Positions 18,912 to 27,860 of a DNA stretch of 64,000 nucleotides are shown in pieces. The notes under the pieces are model-generated. The model was not told where the DNA came from, made no database searches, and saw only the letters and a list, made by a program, of their open reading frames with translations. Made by a program: the position numbers and the translations under genes. How positions within the stretch are numbered: the stretch's first letter is position 1; the number at the start of each line of letters is the position of its first letter. Origin of the DNA: Parcubacteria group bacterium Gr01-1014_3 (GTDB lineage: Bacteria > Patescibacteriota > Minisyncoccia > UBA6257 > WO2-44-18); assembly GCA_007376445.1 (NCBI GenBank), contig VMGF01000002.1, positions 13,673-77,672 on the forward strand, written 5' to 3'.

Positions 18912-20147
18912 ATGACGAAGCCGATCAAATTCTTATCAGTAGCCATTCTGCTGATGTTGGCTTTAGTCATCGCGCCGGATTCGCGCGCGGCATCCGTGGA
19001 TCTCCTCAAGGAAGCCATCCAGGCTAAAACCAAGTCGCTTCAGGAGATAAACAATCAGATATTGGCGGTTCAAAGGCAACTAGAGCTTAAGCAGGGCGAA
19101 AAAAGCACGCTCGAAAAAGAACTGAAGAAGCTTCAATATACCGCTAGCCAGCTTGATCTCAGCATCAAGGCCAGTCAAATTTCTATTGAAAAGCTCGGGT
19201 TGGAGTTAGGCTCACTCAGGTCAGACATCGATAAGACTCAAAGCTCCATAGGAATTAAAAGAAGCTCGGTGCTTCAGCTGGTCCGGGAAATGGCCGAGCG
19301 GGCCCGGAGCGGACTTCTTTTGGCGCTTCTCCAAAATAAAAATCTTTCGCAGGCGGTCGCCAAAAGCCAAACTATTAAAAGTCTGAATGGTCAGCTGGCA
19401 CTAGAGGTGGTGTCTCTGAAGGAGTTGAATAGCAAGCTGGATGGACAGTTCAAACAAACCAATTCGAAAAAACAGGAGATCGAATATGAAAACAAGAATC
19501 TTAAGAATCGCCGATCGATCCTGGAGAATGTTAAAACCGAACAGCAAACTTTATTGGCTCAGACTAAAAATCAGGAAAAGCTTTATCAGCAGCAGCTGAC
19601 CGACCTTGAGAAAAAACAAGCTGGAATCAGCGATGAGATCGATGTGATCGAAGACGAATTAAGAAAAAACTTTGATCCGACCCTGCTTCCGGTAAAGCGT
19701 CCCGGCGTGCTTGCCTGGCCGGTAAGAAGTCCGATCATTACTCAAAAATACGGTGAGGTTTCTTATCTATATCGTGGTAAAGCGCACAATGGCATGGATC
19801 TTGGTATGCCGATCGGCACGGAAATTGTGGCGGCCGATGATGGTGAAATCATGGCGGTTGGCAATAACGGCCGCTATCAGTACGGAAAATATGTCCTGAT
19901 AAAACACCCCAACAGCCTCGTGACGCTTTACGCCCATCTTTCTAATAATCTGATTGTGAAGGCTGGCCAACAAGTAGAGAGGGGGCAGTTGATCGGTTAT
20001 AGCGGAAATACCGGCTACACGGTTGGCCGCGGGCATCTTCACCTAGGATTATATTGGGAGCCGAGCGTTCGCTTGGAGAATTTCCCGGCTTGTAACTGTG
20101 GCTTAGTGCCTATTGGCATCACCTTAAACCCACAGGATTATCTGTAA
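18912..20147 (+). CDS. coiled-coil M23 family peptidase (EnvC/NlpD-like)
   Basis: Signal peptide, long coiled coil, HNGMD, YAHL, HLH. Confidence 0.9.
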   Translation: MTKPIKFLSVAILLMLALVIAPDSRAASVDLLKEAIQAKTKSLQEINNQILAVQRQLELKQGEKSTLEKELKKLQYTASQLDLSIKASQISIEKLGLELGSLRSDIDKTQSSIGIKRSSVLQLVREMAERARSGLLLALLQNKNLSQAVAKSQTIKSLNGQLALEVVSLKELNSKLDGQFKQTNSKKQEIEYENKNLKNRRSILENVKTEQQTLLAQTKNQEKLYQQQLTDLEKKQAGISDEIDVIEDELRKNFDPTLLPVKRPGVLAWPVRSPIITQKYGEVSYLYRGKAHNGMDLGMPIGTEIVAADDGEIMAVGNNGRYQYGKYVLIKHPNSLVTLYAHLSNNLIVKAGQQVERGQLIGYSGNTGYTVGRGHLHLGLYWEPSVRLENFPACNCGLVPIGITLNPQDYL

Positions 20148-20180
20148 TACTTAGCCTCGTTAGAGTGTTATAATAGGTGT

Positions 20181-20348
20181 ATGGAGCTATTAGGCCAGGT
20201 TTGGAGCGTATTTTTAGCCGTGGCGGCTAAATTAACCCACTGGGTGTTGGTTTTAGTGGGGCCTATTTATGAAGGAATCGCCGGCCTAATAATCGCGTTT
20301 TTGAAACTTTTATTGTCGATTGGTAAGACTTTATTAACACTTTTGTAA
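20181..20348 (+). CDS. small hydrophobic protein (55 aa), absent from the ORF track
   Basis: MELLGQVWSVFLAVAAKLTHWVLVLVGPIYEGIAGLIIAFLKLLLSIGKTLLTLL*; TATAAT at 20169-20174; stop is 1 nt before the next ATG. Confidence 0.6.
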   Translation: MELLGQVWSVFLAVAAKLTHWVLVLVGPIYEGIAGLIIAFLKLLLSIGKTLLTLL

Positions 20349-20349
20349 T

Positions 20350-21078
20350 ATGGCTAAACCTTTTTTGTCGGTTATCATTCCGGCTTACAACGAAGCGGAT
20401 CGTTTGCCCATCACCCTGATCGACATAGATAAACATCTTTCCCAGCAGGAATATGACTACGAAATTATCATAGTTAACGACGGATCAAAAGATCAGACCG
20501 CGGAAGTGGTGGCCAAGTTCGTGAATCTTATAAACAATCTACGGATCATCAATAATCCGGACAATCGTGGCAAGGGCGCGGTGGTGCGGCAGGGGATGCT
20601 CGCGGCCAAAGGAAACTGGCGGGTGTTTATGGACGCGGACAATTCAACTTCGGTCATCGAATTCAATAAAATGCTGCCGTATCTGAAAGAAGGTTACGAG
20701 ATCGTGATTGGTTCTCGCGGCGTGCGGGGCGCTAAGCTGCAACCGGCTCAGCCGATCTATCGGCAGATCTTCGGAAAACTGGGTAATATCTTTATTCAGC
20801 TGGTTCTTTTACGGGGTATCTGGGATAGCCAGTGCGGATTTAAATGTTTTTCGGAAGAATCGGCCAACCGGATCTTTCCGAGAATGAAGATTAATCGGTG
20901 GGGGTTTGATGTCGAAGCTTTGGCGCTGGCACGAGCGATGGGATATAAAATCAAAGAGTTGCCAATAACTTGGGCTAATGATCTGCGTTCGCACGTTACC
21001 ACCAAGGCGTATTTCCAGGTTCTGTGGGACACTGTGAAGGTTAGATGGTGGCTCAAGAAGAAGAGGTATCAAAGTTGA
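20350..21078 (+). CDS. GT2 glycosyltransferase (dolichyl-phosphate beta-glucosyltransferase-like)
   Basis: SVIIPAYNE, NDGSKD, GKGAVVRQG, FMDAD, DSQCGFK, GFDVE. Confidence 0.9.
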   Translation: MAKPFLSVIIPAYNEADRLPITLIDIDKHLSQQEYDYEIIIVNDGSKDQTAEVVAKFVNLINNLRIINNPDNRGKGAVVRQGMLAAKGNWRVFMDADNSTSVIEFNKMLPYLKEGYEIVIGSRGVRGAKLQPAQPIYRQIFGKLGNIFIQLVLLRGIWDSQCGFKCFSEESANRIFPRMKINRWGFDVEALALARAMGYKIKELPITWANDLRSHVTTKAYFQVLWDTVKVRWWLKKKRYQS

Positions 21079-21146
21079 CGATTTTGTACATTATCGAGTA
21101 TCATTTATACTTAATACTAAATAAACACAGAACAATTTTAAGTTTA

Positions 21147-21232
21147 CAATTTTAAATTTTAATTTAATGTTCAAATTACAAAATTTAGAAATTAATCATT
21201 AATTAAAAATTGATAATTAAAAATTGAAAATT
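21147..21232. repeat. AT-rich heptamer repeat, diverged copy upstream of greA
   Basis: Same unit structure as 128-236. Confidence 0.7.
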
Positions 21233-21244
21233 TCTTAAAAACAT

Positions 21245-21700
21245 ATGCCTTACTATCTGACACCAGAACGTTTTGAAGAATTGAAAAGTGAATTGAATAA
21301 TTTAAAGACTGTCCGCCGCATCGAAGTAGCGGATCGTTTGAAGCGCGCCAAAGAACTTGGTGATCTTTCTGAAAACGCGGAATACACCGAAGCTCGCGAG
21401 GAGCAAACGGCTATTGAGACCCGTATTGTGGAGCTGGAGGAGATGGTGAAAAATGCCAGCGTGATACAGGGTGGCGTCGGCAAGGACAAGGTCCGCATTG
21501 GTTCAACCGTGGAAGTAGAGAAAAATAAGCAGCCGGCAAAATATAAAATTGTCGGTCCCGAAGAAGCAAACCCCGCGAGCGGTTTAATTTCCAATGAATC
21601 TCCGCTTGGTAAATCCTTTTTGGATAAAAAAGTTGGCGACACAGTTAAGGTCAAAACTCCTTCAGGCGAGGTTGCCTATAAAATACTCAATATTGAGTAA
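21245..21700 (+). CDS. greA: transcription elongation factor GreA
   Basis: GDLSENAEY, ISNESPLG. Confidence 0.97.
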   Translation: MPYYLTPERFEELKSELNNLKTVRRIEVADRLKRAKELGDLSENAEYTEAREEQTAIETRIVELEEMVKNASVIQGGVGKDKVRIGSTVEVEKNKQPAKYKIVGPEEANPASGLISNESPLGKSFLDKKVGDTVKVKTPSGEVAYKILNIE

Positions 21701-23037
21701 TGTTAGACGATATTCTCAAAGAACGTTTTAAGAGAAGGGAACAGCTCATCGCGGCTGGCAGTGATCCATATCCGGCTACTATAAAACGCACAGCTTTAGC
21801 CGAGGCTGTGTTAAAGGATTTCGCGGCGCTTCTTAAAAAGAAAACGAAACTTACTTTAGCCGGTCGTGTCATCGGTTCGCGGGATCAGGGCAATCTGATC
21901 TTTGCTGACCTTTCCGATGCTTCCGGAAAGATTCAGATCATTCTCAAAAAAGATAATCTGAAAAATTATAAAGAGATAAAAGCCGGGATGGATATCGGAG
22001 ATTTTCTGGAAGTTTCCGGCATTGCCTTTAAGACAGCTCGGGGTGAGAAGAGTCTGGAGGTTAAATCCGCTCGGATTATCACCAAATCCATCCGCCCTCT
22101 TCCTTCGGGATGGCATGGATTTAAAGATGTCGAGGAACGCTTCCGTAAGCGTTATTTGGATCTTTTATTTAATCCAGACGTAAAAGACAAGGCGATCCGC
22201 CGTTCAGAAATTATCCGGGAACTGCGCGATTTGTTGGCTAAGGAAGGATTTTTAGAAGTAGAGACGCCGATACTTCAACCGGTTCCTGGCGGGGCGAAGG
22301 CTAGACCATTTGTCACGCATCACAACGCGCTCGATACCGATCTTTACCTTCGGATCGCTCCGGAGCTTTATTTAAAACGTCTATTGGTTGGCGGTCTGGA
22401 AAAGATCTTCGAGATAGGCCGGAATTTTAGAAATGAAGGCATGGATCGGGATCACAATCCGGAGTTCACGATGCTGGAGATGTACTGGGCCTACCAGGAC
22501 TATAAAGGCCTGATGAAGTTCGTCCAAAAGATGCTTAAAAAATATATTCCGGGCAAATGGAGCGTGGTAACTTTCGCGGAAATTTTCAAAAAACATTCCG
22601 GTAAAGATTATAAATCGGTTGACGCTAAAATCCTGGATGAAGTTTTTAAACACGAAGTCCGGCCAAAGATCATAAGTCCAACTTTTGTTATCGATTATCC
22701 GGAGTCGATTATGGCTTTAGCCAAGCTTAAACCAGAAAATTCCAGCCTCACGGAAAGCTTCCAGCTGATCGTGGATGGCGCGGAGATCGTAAAAGGCTTT
22801 TCGGAGATGAATGATCCGGTGATTCAACGCGCGCAGATGGAGAGGCAGGAAAAGGCTTTCCGGGCAGGAGATCAGGAATCAACGCGCGTAGACGAAGATT
22901 TTTTAGAGGCTCTGGAATATGGGATGCCGCCGGCCGCTGGTTTGGGTATTGGCATTGATCGTCTAATCGCGGTAGCCACGAAGACCAACGCGGTAAAAGA
23001 GATCATTCTTTTTCCGATGCTTAAGCCGAAGGAATAG
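21700..23037 (+). CDS. lysS: lysine--tRNA ligase (class II)
   Basis: RKRYLDL, YLRIAPELYLKRL, FRNEG, HNPEFTMLE, YGMPPAAGLGIGIDR. Confidence 0.97.
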   Translation: MLDDILKERFKRREQLIAAGSDPYPATIKRTALAEAVLKDFAALLKKKTKLTLAGRVIGSRDQGNLIFADLSDASGKIQIILKKDNLKNYKEIKAGMDIGDFLEVSGIAFKTARGEKSLEVKSARIITKSIRPLPSGWHGFKDVEERFRKRYLDLLFNPDVKDKAIRRSEIIRELRDLLAKEGFLEVETPILQPVPGGAKARPFVTHHNALDTDLYLRIAPELYLKRLLVGGLEKIFEIGRNFRNEGMDRDHNPEFTMLEMYWAYQDYKGLMKFVQKMLKKYIPGKWSVVTFAEIFKKHSGKDYKSVDAKILDEVFKHEVRPKIISPTFVIDYPESIMALAKLKPENSSLTESFQLIVDGAEIVKGFSEMNDPVIQRAQMERQEKAFRAGDQESTRVDEDFLEALEYGMPPAAGLGIGIDRLIAVATKTNAVKEIILFPMLKPKE

Positions 23038-23097
23038 CTCTTGCTTTTTATTAGGAAGTTGCTATAATATAGCTCAGTTCTTTTATGGAGGTGGCGA

Positions 23098-23442
23098 ATG
23101 CCCAGTGAGCGGCAGAAGCATCTTTTGACTCTTTTTATGACGCAGAATATTTTATCCGCGGAAATTGCCGAAAAATCTAACGGCACCATCCTTATCAAAT
23201 TCGAGGACGGATCGTTTGTGGTTTTGCCTGAAGGAACGGAATACAGTTTATCTGAAAGATTCCTTAAGGCAATGCTCCCTCAACCGGTTGATAGGGTCGC
23301 CCATGCCGGACACTTGATCAATCCGTTCGAAATGCCAGAAATGAAGCTGGGAAAAGAGGCGTCATCGACACCAGCCTGCCTTGGCGGAGGCAATACCTGC
23401 CATCCCGAAGCCACGGAATCATATCCTGGCCCCGGCGTCTAA
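23098..23442 (+). CDS. hypothetical protein (self-contained unit)
   Basis: TTGCTT-N16-TATAAT upstream, GGAGGT SD, hairpin terminator after the stop. Confidence 0.65.
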   Translation: MPSERQKHLLTLFMTQNILSAEIAEKSNGTILIKFEDGSFVVLPEGTEYSLSERFLKAMLPQPVDRVAHAGHLINPFEMPEMKLGKEASSTPACLGGGNTCHPEATESYPGPGV

Positions 23443-23448
23443 AACACC

Positions 23449-23474
23449 AAAACCCCGAGCAATCGGGGTTTTTT
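23449..23474 (+). terminator. intrinsic terminator
   Basis: AAAACCCCGAGCAATCGGGGTTTT followed by a T-run. Confidence 0.75.
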
Positions 23475-23502
23475 TATTTCCAGCCTCTGATATAATAGAC
23501 CT

Positions 23503-24804
23503 ATGCTCGACGTTAATTTGTTAAGAACTAATTCCGAAGAACTTAAGAAAAAACTTGCCACAAAAAACGTTGACCCGAAGATGGTTGATGATTTTTTAGG
23601 ACTAGATACAAAATGGCGCGAAGCGGTTAAGGCTACCGAAGCCTTGCGCGCTCAATTAAATAAATTAAGCAAAGAAAGGAAAATTGATGAAGCTAAAGTC
23701 GTTAAGGAAAAATTAAAAGCCTCAGAGCAGTCCTATCCGGAGTTAGAAAAGCAAAGATTGGCCGCGCTAAAAGCTTTACCGAATCCACCGCTTCCGGATG
23801 TTCCGGTGGGTGACGAATCTAAAAGCGTGGTTTTACGAGAAGTTGGCGATAAGCCCAAATTCGATTTTCCAGTTAAAAATTACATCGAGATCGGTCAGTC
23901 CTTGGATATTATCGATACTGAAAGAGCCGGAAAAGTCTCCGGAAGCCGCTTTGGCTACCTAAAAGGCGCTGGCGCCCTGCTCGAATTCGGTCTAATCCAG
24001 CTGGTGGTTGATTTCGTGACTAACGAGAAAAATATCGCGAAAATTATTAAAGAACAGAAGCTTTCCATCAAGCCGTCGGCTTTTGTGCCGGTCATTCCGC
24101 CGGTGCTTATTAAGCCGGAATCTATGCAGGCGATGGGTTACGTGGAAAGAGGGGGCGATGAGATCTATTTCCTAGAGAAAGATCAACTCTACCTAGTTGG
24201 TACTTCGGAGCAGTCTATTGGCCCAATGCACATGAATGAGACGCTAGATAAAGAAGCCTTACCGGTTCGCTACCTAGGCTTTTCTACCTGTTTCCGCCGC
24301 GAAGCCGGGTCTTATGGTAAAGACACAAAGGGCATTCTCCGTGTTCATCAGTTCGATAAACTGGAGATGTTCACTATCTGCCTTCCGGAAAATTCCGGAG
24401 AGGAGCATAAGCTTTTGTTAGCCATCGAGGAAAAACTGATGCAGATGTTGGAACTGCCTTATCATGTGCTTCACATCGCCACTGGTGACCTCGGCGATCC
24501 CGCGGCGGCAAAGTACGACATCGAAGCCTGGTTACCAGGTCAGCGGGAAGGCGCTGGTGAGTATCGCGAGACCCACTCCACTTCCAATACCACCGACTAT
24601 CAAGCCCGAAGACTAAATATAAGAATTAAGAATCAGGAATCAGGAATTAAGAATGAGTACGCCCATATGCTTAATGGCACCGCCTTCGCGATTGGCCGTA
24701 TTATTATCGCTATTTTGGAAAATTATCAGACCAAAACTGGTTCGGTTAAGGTTCCTAAGGCTCTGCGGGATTATTTGCATCTTAAAGAAATCGGCGTAAA
24801 GTAG
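23503..24804 (+). CDS. serS: serine--tRNA ligase
   Basis: LVGTSEQ, FRREAG, RVHQFDKLE, YDIEAW, HMLNGTA. Confidence 0.97.
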   Translation: MLDVNLLRTNSEELKKKLATKNVDPKMVDDFLGLDTKWREAVKATEALRAQLNKLSKERKIDEAKVVKEKLKASEQSYPELEKQRLAALKALPNPPLPDVPVGDESKSVVLREVGDKPKFDFPVKNYIEIGQSLDIIDTERAGKVSGSRFGYLKGAGALLEFGLIQLVVDFVTNEKNIAKIIKEQKLSIKPSAFVPVIPPVLIKPESMQAMGYVERGGDEIYFLEKDQLYLVGTSEQSIGPMHMNETLDKEALPVRYLGFSTCFRREAGSYGKDTKGILRVHQFDKLEMFTICLPENSGEEHKLLLAIEEKLMQMLELPYHVLHIATGDLGDPAAAKYDIEAWLPGQREGAGEYRETHSTSNTTDYQARRLNIRIKNQESGIKNEYAHMLNGTAFAIGRIIIAILENYQTKTGSVKVPKALRDYLHLKEIGVK

Positions 24805-24828
24805 AAAAGTACCTTCAAATAAAAAGAG

Positions 24829-25182
24829 GTGGCCGTGAGAAAGATGCTTCACTGGCTTTTTTCCCGAAAAGTAGTCATCTTCTGGGTGTGTTTTTCGACG
24901 ATCTATGACCTGATCTTCACTTACGTGGTTTTTCGCCTGCATCCGGAGCTTCTCCAGAATAATGGAGAATATAACACTTTCGTCCGCGACCTAATTCAGA
25001 CCTACGGACTGGACTACGCCTTGCTGGTGATCATGCCGCTGATCATGGCGTTCGTGATCTTGATGGGATACCGGTTCTGGAATTTTAAACTCGTAAGATT
25101 TTATATGTACTTTCTCTTCGTGGCTAGAATCGGACTCTTTATTTATAACTTCTTCGTGATCTATACTCTCGCGAAATATTAA
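24829..25182 (+). CDS. small membrane protein
   Basis: Three hydrophobic helices, DLIFT...GEYN motif. Confidence 0.6.
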   Translation: MAVRKMLHWLFSRKVVIFWVCFSTIYDLIFTYVVFRLHPELLQNNGEYNTFVRDLIQTYGLDYALLVIMPLIMAFVILMGYRFWNFKLVRFYMYFLFVARIGLFIYNFFVIYTLAKY

Positions 25183-25208
25183 AGCCCTGCTAGTTAAAGC
25201 AGGGCTTT
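25181..25208. terminator. bidirectional terminator between convergent genes
   Basis: AAAGCCCTGCT-AGTTAA-AGCAGGGCTTT. Confidence 0.65.
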
Positions 25209-25819
25209 TTATTCATCCTATACCAATCAATCAAACCTTCCACGGCGATCCAGGCGTCTGTCGCGTACTTCTTGCCAAACCGGACAGGAATCATCAGGTT
25301 CACCAGATTCTGAAAGACGACCAGCGAAAACGCGAGGACCAGTGAAAGCGGCGCCTCGATTCCGGAAATGGCTTTCAGGGTCTGATAGCCCAGCCAGATC
25401 ACTAGGCAAGGGATCAGCACCGCTAACGGACCGGCGATGGCAATAATAAACCGCTCACGAGGATGTCGCCGTGGGTAATAAAACGCGTCCGCCCGGTTTT
25501 TCTCATCTTCGGAATCGCCCAGCTCGCCGACACTTCTCGATTCCGCCATAAGGGTCGGAATACCGAGGATAAGCCGAGTGCCATTCGAAAGAACGCGGGA
25601 ATAGAGGTTCAGGAAACCAAACTTTAGGAAGCGAACCCCAACCCCGAATTTCCGCTGAAAGTAGAAGTGGCCCATCTCATGAATCAGCATCTCCAGCATC
25701 ATAAAAAACACAATATAAATAAAAACCGCTTCCCAGTAATAAGGGGACACACCGTCCCACCACTTGCAAAACGCGTCGAGCAAGCGAAATAGCGGCGTGT
25801 TGAGAGTGAGCATAGGCAC
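25190..25819 (-). CDS. site-2 protease (M50) family membrane metalloprotease
   Basis: HEMGH, IAIAGP, NLMIP...TD. Confidence 0.8.
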   Translation of the reverse strand: MPMLTLNTPLFRLLDAFCKWWDGVSPYYWEAVFIYIVFFMMLEMLIHEMGHFYFQRKFGVGVRFLKFGFLNLYSRVLSNGTRLILGIPTLMAESRSVGELGDSEDEKNRADAFYYPRRHPRERFIIAIAGPLAVLIPCLVIWLGYQTLKAISGIEAPLSLVLAFSLVVFQNLVNLMIPVRFGKKYATDAWIAVEGLIDWYRMNKKPCFN

Positions 25820-25888
25820 CTTTCCAAGTTAGGGGTTTTGTGAGATTATTAAGGAACTTAGCGATAAATATACCATAAAATAAGTAAA

Positions 25889-27007
25889 ATGTCCACACCA
25901 AATCTTAAAGTCTGGGTTGAGATCGATAAAGCGGCCGCGAAACATAACTATCAGAAAGTCCGCTCGCTGATCGATAAAAAAACCAAATTATGGTCAGTAG
26001 TTAAGTCCAATGCTTATGGTCATGGCCTGGCGGCTTTCGCGTCTTTAATAAATGAGCTTGGCGCGGATGGTTTCTGTGTTGATAGCGTGATCGAAGGCGT
26101 GAAGCTCCGTGAGCAGGGGATTCGAAAGCCAATTTTAGTACTTGGACCGACCTTCCCGGGTCTTTTGGCTGATGCTGTGGCAAACGATATCATGATCACA
26201 ATTTCTAACTTTGATGCGCTCGACGAGCTAAACAAGAGCAAGTTCAAACCGAAGTTTCATTTAAAGCTTGATACCGGCATGCACCGCCAAGGATTCTATT
26301 TAGACGAATTACCGGAGGTAATTTCCACAATTAAAAATTTAAAATTTAAAATTGAAAATTGCCTGACGGGTGCCTACACGCATTTCGCTTCTGCCAAGGA
26401 CATTAACTACCCAACCTTTACCGATCTTCAATTCGCGGCTTTTCGCGCGGGAATTGAACAGCTAGAAAAAGCTGGTTTCAAAAATCTGATCAGGCATTGC
26501 GCGGCCAGTGGCGCCACTGTGATAGATAAAAAGTATCACCTGGACGCCGTACGTACCGGTATCGCTCTTTATGGTCTCTGGCCGTCAAAGGAGTTGGATG
26601 TCCAGCTTAGCGATGAGATTGAATTGAAGCCAGTATTGTCCTGGCATGCCTTAGTCAGCGAAGTTAAAGATGTAGAGGTTGGAGATTATGTTGGTTATGA
26701 CCTGACAGAAAGAATGGTTAAGGATGGTAAAATCGCGGTTATCCCGATCGGTTATTGGCATGGTTTTCCGCGCGCGCTTTCGGGTGTCGGTGAAGTTTTG
26801 ATCAATGGCGATAAAGCTAAAGTGCTTGGTCGCGTCTCGATGGATATGATCGTGGTGGATGTGAGCGATATTAAGTGCGAAAGAGGGGATGTGGCAACCT
26901 TGATCGGAAAAAACCTCCCTGTTTATAAGATGGCTGAGAAGATTGGCGCCTCCCATTATGAGCTTATTACCCGGATAAACCCGCTTATCGAAAGAGTGGT
27001 ACAATAA
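25889..27007 (+). CDS. alr: alanine racemase
   Basis: VVKSNAYGHG (PLP lysine), KLDTGMHRQG, GRVSMD. Confidence 0.96.
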   Translation: MSTPNLKVWVEIDKAAAKHNYQKVRSLIDKKTKLWSVVKSNAYGHGLAAFASLINELGADGFCVDSVIEGVKLREQGIRKPILVLGPTFPGLLADAVANDIMITISNFDALDELNKSKFKPKFHLKLDTGMHRQGFYLDELPEVISTIKNLKFKIENCLTGAYTHFASAKDINYPTFTDLQFAAFRAGIEQLEKAGFKNLIRHCAASGATVIDKKYHLDAVRTGIALYGLWPSKELDVQLSDEIELKPVLSWHALVSEVKDVEVGDYVGYDLTERMVKDGKIAVIPIGYWHGFPRALSGVGEVLINGDKAKVLGRVSMDMIVVDVSDIKCERGDVATLIGKNLPVYKMAEKIGASHYELITRINPLIERVVQ

Positions 27008-27013
27008 TGGTGA

Positions 27014-27805
27014 GTGGACTATTCATTCCTCAAAAACAGGCAAAAAGCACGCCGTAGGCTTAGGATAAAGCTATATTTATGGATTGGGGCAGCTGTTTTA
27101 GTCCTGGTTTTAGGCGTTTGGGCTTTTTTAAAAGCGCCTTTTTTTATTATTAAAGAAATTGAGGTTACGGGCCTTACTAAGCTTACCAGCGAGGATGTTT
27201 TGGACGAACTCCAGGCGTCTATTTTACAAACCGGATGGGCCAGGGCACTAGGCGTACGGCACTTCGCGGCTTGGCCGACTCAAATGCAAATACCTAATCC
27301 ATTGATCGCGAAAGTTGATATAGCGAAGCACTATTTGAATAATCGCCTTGAAATTAAAGTTCAGGAGCAGGAATATTTTTCGGTTTGGTGCCGTATTAGC
27401 CAGAATAATGGAACTAACTGCTTCTGGTTAAATGAAAATGGTGTCACGGTGGCTCCCGCGCCTGATACTGAAGGCGCATTGATCTACCGGGTCGTTGAAA
27501 AAAACGAAAATGAAGCCGCGCTTGGTGAAGAAATCATTAATCAGCGCGAATGGCCAAATATTAAAAATATTTTAGAAAGTTTGTCAGATCTTTCGTTAAA
27601 AATTAAAGAGTTTGTTTATAATGGGCGTCTGCAAGAACTGATTGCTTACGGCACGGCCGGAGAAAAGCTGATTTTTAGCACTCGCTTAAACTACGGCGAA
27701 AAAGTCTTAGGCTACATCAAAACCTCCGCCGAGAAAGGGGATTTGAAGCGTTCCGAATATCTCGATCTGACGGTGGAGAATAGGATTTATTTAAAACCTA
27801 GATAA
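27014..27805 (+). CDS. ftsQ: cell division protein FtsQ/DivIB-like
   Basis: Basic N-terminus, TM helix, POTRA-like IKEIEVTG, C-terminal EYLDL...NRIY. Confidence 0.75.
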   Translation: MDYSFLKNRQKARRRLRIKLYLWIGAAVLVLVLGVWAFLKAPFFIIKEIEVTGLTKLTSEDVLDELQASILQTGWARALGVRHFAAWPTQMQIPNPLIAKVDIAKHYLNNRLEIKVQEQEYFSVWCRISQNNGTNCFWLNENGVTVAPAPDTEGALIYRVVEKNENEAALGEEIINQREWPNIKNILESLSDLSLKIKEFVYNGRLQELIAYGTAGEKLIFSTRLNYGEKVLGYIKTSAEKGDLKRSEYLDLTVENRIYLKPR

Positions 27806-27860
27806 CCCACTACCCTACTTGTCATTGCGAGGGTAAACCCGAAGCAATCTTACTTTGAAG

